NCBI GenBank assembly: GCA_964610875.1
Contig: CAZSWP010000039.1
Location: forward strand, 1-33,395
Length of the DNA: 33,395 bases
Source: an uncultured archaeon
Lineage (GTDB): Archaea > Asgardarchaeota > Thorarchaeia > Thorarchaeales > Thorarchaeaceae
Reading direction: 5' to 3'
In this document: positions 28,991-33,395 of the stretch, in pieces
Position numbering within the stretch: the stretch's first letter is position 1
Layout of the letters: each line of letters starts with the position of its first letter
The notes under the pieces: generated by a model
Told to the model about the DNA's origin: nothing
What the model saw: only the letters and a program-made list of their open reading frames with translations
The model's database searches: none
Translations under genes and position numbers: made by a program

Positions 28991-29734
28991 TTAACCAATT
29001 GATTTCCACGAATCATTCCACATTATAATTGATAGGATGACATTGAATGCGAGAGATACCATCGCTACCACTGCGGGATCTAATAAGCTATCCCCTTGAG
29101 TAGATGTAATTACTGTCTGTATAATAAGACCAAGGAGAACTGACCCTATCACTATGAGAATAATTACTAGGAAAAACCTTGGAGACACAAATCCCTCAAG
29201 TTTGGCTAGTTCTTCGCTACGTGAGGTAATAGCTATCTTGGATTGTGAGAAGACCCATATAGCAAATCCTGTAAAACAGACGTAAAAGGATAAATTACAT
29301 GCAATGAAGAGGAAGAGAGTAAGTATGTTTGGTGTATAATCAATTGCAGGAAGGGTCTGAGCAATTGTTTCAACAAGAAAGTCTCTTAGTAAAAATGTCA
29401 TTATTTCAAATAATGTATTCAGTATCAGACCAATGGTAATCGCAACTATTGCATGTCCTATGAGTGTTTTACGAATTCCTCCGGGTATAGTGTTCAGCTT
29501 TTGTAGATTCATATTCTCAGCGCGAATTAGTATTATTAAGATCAGGAATATAATGATTGCATTGAACATGGGAAATGATACCAGAATGAGGTACAGATTA
29601 AGCCGTCCATATGCGATTGCCATCCATCCCATCATTATGACAACTAAAAGCACTGCGAAACCAAGTCCTCCCCGTGCTTCCTTGTTTGAACGAAATAGAT
29701 CTACTGCATGCTTAATAGGCATCTGATTGACCAC
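28991..29734 (-). CDS. ABC-2-type permease-like membrane protein
   Basis: About six TM helices; IRAE...L.TIP segment typical of ABC-2 permeases; directly upstream of the ABC ATPase-like gene. Confidence 0.65.
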   Translation of the reverse strand: MVNQMPIKHAVDLFRSNKEARGGLGFAVLLVVIMMGWMAIAYGRLNLYLILVSFPMFNAIIIFLILIILIRAENMNLQKLNTIPGGIRKTLIGHAIVAITIGLILNTLFEIMTFLLRDFLVETIAQTLPAIDYTPNILTLFLFIACNLSFYVCFTGFAIWVFSQSKIAITSRSEELAKLEGFVSPRFFLVIILIVIGSVLLGLIIQTVITSTQGDSLLDPAVVAMVSLAFNVILSIIMWNDSWKSIG

Positions 29735-29789
29735 ATCCGTATTTTTCTCTGAATAATTTGTCTTATATCAGTTATTTTAAACATGTGTG

Positions 29790-29834
29790 AAAGAAAGGGT
29801 CAGGAGTGCTCATAATTGAGAACTGTCCTGACCC
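29790..29834 (-). terminator. Hairpin terminator after the second precursor gene
   Basis: GGGTCAGGA (29797-29805) pairs with TCCTGACCC (29826-29834), followed on the minus strand by TTTCTTT. Confidence 0.75.
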
Positions 29835-29848
29835 ACTAATCACAAATG

Positions 29849-30811
29849 TTACCCAACCCATGTGTTTGCGTCAGTGTAGTCTAAACCAAGCCCAATCAGA
29901 AAAGCTAGGCCTGCTGTGATTGCAAGAAGGATTTTAGCGGCTGCTAATGCTCCTCCTGATGCGGTATACATTGCAACAGTTGCAAGAACACAAGATGCAA
30001 ATATTGCATATGCAAAGATGTTTCCTGCCAGGATAGCAGCCATAGCTCCAACCATAGTTCCGAAGATGAATCCAACAATCTTTGCTGCAGCAGTAACTGG
30101 ATCAATCCATCCTCGCCAAAGCCAAACTAGTGTGACTAATATTGAAAATTGACCAATGCTTATTAGACTGTAACCCAAGGTTGTCCAGAATCCCATGTCA
30201 CTGTAATAATTGAAAAGGATTCCAGCTAATGTCAAAGTAGAAATCGCTAGCCAATAGCATGCTTCTACATCTGATAGCTGACCAATCAAATATAGAGAAT
30301 CAATGGGTTGTGTTCCGTCTATGACTGCTTGTGCATACTCCCCCAGTTTTTGTACTGTATCCATTGATTTGGTTACAACTACTGAGGCTAATAACGCACC
30401 CATGACTGAATCTATGGGTCCTGAAAAGGTAATTGCATCATTGCTTTCAATGTAGTCATTAATCGAGCTTGAATGACATGCTAATACAGTATCCTTTGAA
30501 GGTGTTATCTGTATCATCGGTGTGATATTGTTCCAGTTCACTTCCTGTGTTCCTAGTTTCACATTTTCTTCTGAACCATGTGAGATCCAAGTAACACCGC
30601 CATATGCTCGATGAACAAGCATACTGTAATCAAGTGAACCGTATTCCACAACAATTACATCTGGAATTTCTTGCTTCATGACATTTGCCGCTCTATCAAC
30701 AGAGGCATCAGGTGTCATTATCACAACCATGTGGTTGAATATTGGCACTGAAAATGGCATGATGAATAGCATTGAAACTGCCAAAAATACTCCTATGCAT
30801 GCGAACTTCAT
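29849..30811 (-). CDS. Secreted minimal caspase/CHAT-like domain fused to a long hydrophobic Ala/Gly-rich C-terminus
   Basis: Signal peptide; VTWISHGS and TVLACHSS dyad; ITFSGPID; about 140 aa of multi-helix hydrophobic tail. ATG after GGAGG. Confidence 0.72.
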   Translation of the reverse strand: MKFACIGVFLAVSMLFIMPFSVPIFNHMVVIMTPDASVDRAANVMKQEIPDVIVVEYGSLDYSMLVHRAYGGVTWISHGSEENVKLGTQEVNWNNITPMIQITPSKDTVLACHSSSINDYIESNDAITFSGPIDSVMGALLASVVVTKSMDTVQKLGEYAQAVIDGTQPIDSLYLIGQLSDVEACYWLAISTLTLAGILFNYYSDMGFWTTLGYSLISIGQFSILVTLVWLWRGWIDPVTAAAKIVGFIFGTMVGAMAAILAGNIFAYAIFASCVLATVAMYTASGGALAAAKILLAITAGLAFLIGLGLDYTDANTWVG

Positions 30812-30970
30812 TTTAGTTCCTCCATCCACGAGTGATTATTCGTTATGGTGAATCGGTATAAGTCATGTGTTTCTAGGTATGCTTTCGCATTTGCCGGAGA
30901 TAGAAAATGGGGTGCGAGGAAGGACCTCTCTCAGTTGAACTAGAATTAGATCTATTTCTCCTGAATAATC

Positions 30971-31003
30971 AAAAAGAAAGAGAAAGAGGGCTCATAGGCC
31001 CTC
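30971..31003 (-). terminator. Hairpin plus U-tract terminator
   Basis: Minus strand reads GAGGGC-ctatga-GCCCTC then TTTCTCTTTCTTTTT. Confidence 0.65.
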
Positions 31004-31306
31004 ACTTCTAAAAATAAATCTACATTTGCTTCTCTTGTCTGTAGGGCAAATACTCAGGTCCGAAGATATCCCGTGCCATGACAATCTTTGTTAATTCTAC
31101 TACATTTCTTTAACTCAAGCAACCTAGTTGTTCTAGGTAGGACGAGCTCTCCTTCTCTGCGTTTCACGATTTTCCTCGTTATCACTTATTCTACCAGAAG
31201 AAGACAATATCAGAACAGTTGCTCAAACTCATACAGAAACTTGATGGTATCACAATGAACCCCCTTAGGTCAATATTCATATGTTCGTTCCAACTACCAT
31301 CAACTC

Positions 31307-31873
31307 ATGAACCTACTCTCTGAGATAAAGAACAGAAGGAGCATCATAGTATTCCAAGATCGAGATGTGGAACAAGAGAAGATTCATCTACTCATTGAAG
31401 CAGCTCGCTGGGCGCCATCGTGCTTCAATAAGCAGAAATGGAACTATGTCTTTGTGAGCAAAAGCGATGAAACGAGGGAGTCATTTGAAGATGCTCTCTC
31501 TTTTGGGAATGGCTGGGCTAAGTCTGCACCGTATCTAGCGGCTGTTAGTGCTAATCCTGATCAAGCTTGCAAAACAAACAGCATTCCTTACTATGGATAT
31601 GACCTCGGCCTCAGTGTCATGAGTCTTGTCATAGAAGCAGAGCATCTGGGACTACGTGTTCACCAGATGGCCGGTTATGATGAAATACGAGTGAAAGCGG
31701 CTCTCAGTATCCCCGATTCTCACAGAGTCGTTGTGATATTTGCTCTGGGATATGAAGGGGATGTAGAGAAGATGAAAGACAAAATCACTGAAAAGGTCAA
31801 GGAGAAAATAACACGGGCAAGAACACGAAAAGACCCTGAGGAGAACTTCTTCTTTGGAAGATTCTCAAGTTGA
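31307..31873 (+). CDS. Nitroreductase family protein
   Basis: IKNRRSI..F, EAARWAPS..NKQ.W, DLG, A..LGL..HQMAG, ALGY. Confidence 0.94.
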   Translation: MNLLSEIKNRRSIIVFQDRDVEQEKIHLLIEAARWAPSCFNKQKWNYVFVSKSDETRESFEDALSFGNGWAKSAPYLAAVSANPDQACKTNSIPYYGYDLGLSVMSLVIEAEHLGLRVHQMAGYDEIRVKAALSIPDSHRVVVIFALGYEGDVEKMKDKITEKVKEKITRARTRKDPEENFFFGRFSS

Positions 31874-31922
31874 TATGCCAAAAATCAAAGCCAATTCAAC
31901 TGACATCTCAAGTAATGTATAT

Positions 31923-32227
31923 TCATTCAGATTCCTTGATTCTCTCCCACTCATCTCTTGCTTTTTCTGCAGCATCCATATCGCCGCATTCCAGATAGAG
32001 CCTTACAATGACCTCATAGACTCTCGTAAAGTCACTGATATAATGCCCGGGATTGTTATTATTTAACTCAATAAGATAATCCAACGCTTTGTGAGGTATA
32101 TTTCTGATTTCGAATATTCTCTCAACGTCTTGTACAGACTTCCTAAATTGAAATGAATTGTTGCATAAGTCCGAAGATGAATATGTTTAGACTCCTCCGT
32201 CAGACCATCCATTATCTCTCGAGCCAT
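31923..32227 (-). pseudogene. Frameshifted TPR-like gene remnant
   Basis: ATIHFNLGSLYKTLREYSKSEIYL / ALDYLIEL...RVYEVIVRLYLECGE / DAAEKAR spread across shifted frames. Confidence 0.5.
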
Positions 32228-32258
32228 AACGAACTAGTTACACAAGAACCTTGAAGGA

Positions 32259-32459
32259 CTATTCCTCCTCGGATTTCTTCGTTCCTACTAAAGTGAGTCC
32301 GATAGGTTTGCCCTCCTTATACCGTACCACAATGCCATTCGGAAGCATCTCGGAATCATCCGCTTCTTGTATTGGCCCGAAACTAACATACACTACATCA
32401 TTCTCAGGATCGTATCGAACATCCATGTTCTCCAAGTCTATCACTATTTGGGCCATATC
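32259..32459 (-). CDS. DUF2283 family protein
   Basis: VRYDPENDVVYVSF...GIVVRY..GKPIGLTL. Start approximate (MAQIV). Confidence 0.85.
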   Translation of the reverse strand, partial: DMAQIVIDLENMDVRYDPENDVVYVSFGPIQEADDSEMLPNGIVVRYKEGKPIGLTLVGTKKSEEE

Positions 32460-32500
32460 ACACCTCTCCTCTTGAATGAGTCCGGTTTCGAAAGCAATTA

Positions 32501-32935
32501 TCAGCTTGTAGGTATCCAACCATCATCGGTTCTGACTAAGTTTGATGTTCTCACTCTATCTGTAGTAGATCTCTGTAGATCCTCAAAAACAGCCAAACCA
32601 TCATACAGACAAGTTCCACGTATCAATGCATCGATAACAATGGTGTTGAATCTCTTTACCTCTCCATCTATCTCATCTACAAGGTAACAATGCAAATCTA
32701 TCACTATCGCTTCTAACATCTGTCTAATGTCATCGCATTGAATCTTTCTCTCTAACAAGATAAGGAGATCATAATCACTCATGTAGTTAGCACGTTTCTC
32801 AGCTCGTGACCCAAATAGAACAATGACAGTTCGTGGATACTGTTCTTTTAATTGATGCATGAGACGTTCAAATTCGTTTTTCGTATCTTCTTCTTTCTCA
32901 CGTAGTTTCTTTACGAATTCTGCGAAGGAAATCAA
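32501..32935 (-). CDS. Minimal nucleotidyltransferase (MNT)
   Basis: VLFGSRA......SDYDLLI. TTG start after GGAGGTG, overlapping the HEPN gene. Confidence 0.92.
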   Translation of the reverse strand: MISFAEFVKKLREKEEDTKNEFERLMHQLKEQYPRTVIVLFGSRAEKRANYMSDYDLLILLERKIQCDDIRQMLEAIVIDLHCYLVDEIDGEVKRFNTIVIDALIRGTCLYDGLAVFEDLQRSTTDRVRTSNLVRTDDGWIPTS

Positions 32936-33281
32936 GACACACCTCCATACAATCAATTGCTTCTTTTGCTTCGTCATCTGTGTACTCTGCCACCCTTGCA
33001 TCTGGGTAACGAGCTTGTAGGTAATGCTCCCCTAGTTCACGAATACATCTCATGATATCATCAGGAATATCAGAACCTGTTGTGGCAAGAGATTCCATCA
33101 ATTGCACAAGGGAATGAGAATATGCCTTTGCACCAACTCGCATGATGAGTAGGCCTTTCAGATAGAACTCAACAGCCTGCTGAGCTGTGAATGATGCGAA
33201 ATCAAATCGGTTTTTCCGGATTGATTCTATTGCCACATCTCGAAACATGTCTGCTTTTTCGAACCTTGTCTCAGTATGCAA
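32898..33281 (-). CDS. HEPN domain protein (sacsin/COG2250-like)
   Basis: ASFTAQQAVEFYLKG, HSLVQL, YLQARYPD. Confidence 0.92.
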   Translation of the reverse strand: MHTETRFEKADMFRDVAIESIRKNRFDFASFTAQQAVEFYLKGLLIMRVGAKAYSHSLVQLMESLATTGSDIPDDIMRCIRELGEHYLQARYPDARVAEYTDDEAKEAIDCMEVCLDFLRRIRKETT

Positions 33282-33342
33282 AGCATTAACCTCATCACTA
33301 TAGTATAGATAGACTTGATATATCTATGGCAACCGTTCTCAA

Positions 33343-33395
33343 CCGTTGATTGTAAACTGGACAAACCTGGACATGGAGTCTAGGCAGTCCGCCCA
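33343..33395 (-). mobile_element. Right end of a third related IS607-like element; runs off the window
   Basis: Minus strand ...TGTCCAGGTTTGTCCAGTTTACAATCAACGG|T matches the copy 1 end TGTCCAGAATTGTCCAGCTTACAATGAACGG|T. Confidence 0.8.

Noticed and set aside
639-32687. Numerous short antisense or overlapping ORFs in the track (e.g. 639-917, 8127-8621, 11092-11469, 24250-25358, 27216-27575, 32367-32687)
   Set aside because: They are shadows of well-supported genes on the other strand or frame, with no motifs of their own.

Overview
This window looks like an Asgard archaeal chromosome segment, most likely Thorarchaeia. The evidence is a Rab/Ras-like GTPase start at the left edge, a longin-like gene remnant, a beta-grasp protein, archaeal TATA and GGAGG/GGTGA signals, and many secreted C-terminally anchored proteins. 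Ordinary content includes a secreted EEP nuclease with five lamin-tail domains, TetR and ArsR-type regulators, pirin, two OB-fold SSBs, a GHL10 hydrolase, Ig-repeat surface proteins, DUF1846, a 2Fe-2S ferredoxin, a BON protein, a nitroreductase and a HEPN-MNT-DUF2283 module. Three things stand out. (1) A 187-bp ORF-less IS607-like mini-element is present as two full copies and one partial end. Both full copies sit at NGGG|T sites inside reading frames, and the right half is a covarying, pseudoknotted omega-RNA-like structure. (2) Two separate loci encode a secreted caspase/CHAT-fold His-Cys domain fused to a hydrophobic or glycine-zipper C-terminus. Each is followed by a terminator and accessory membrane genes, which suggests a self-processing archaeocin/toxin system. 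(3) A zinc-ribbon NUDIX gene has an in-frame UGA exactly at a CxxC cysteine. All assignments come from reading motifs by eye; no searches were run.
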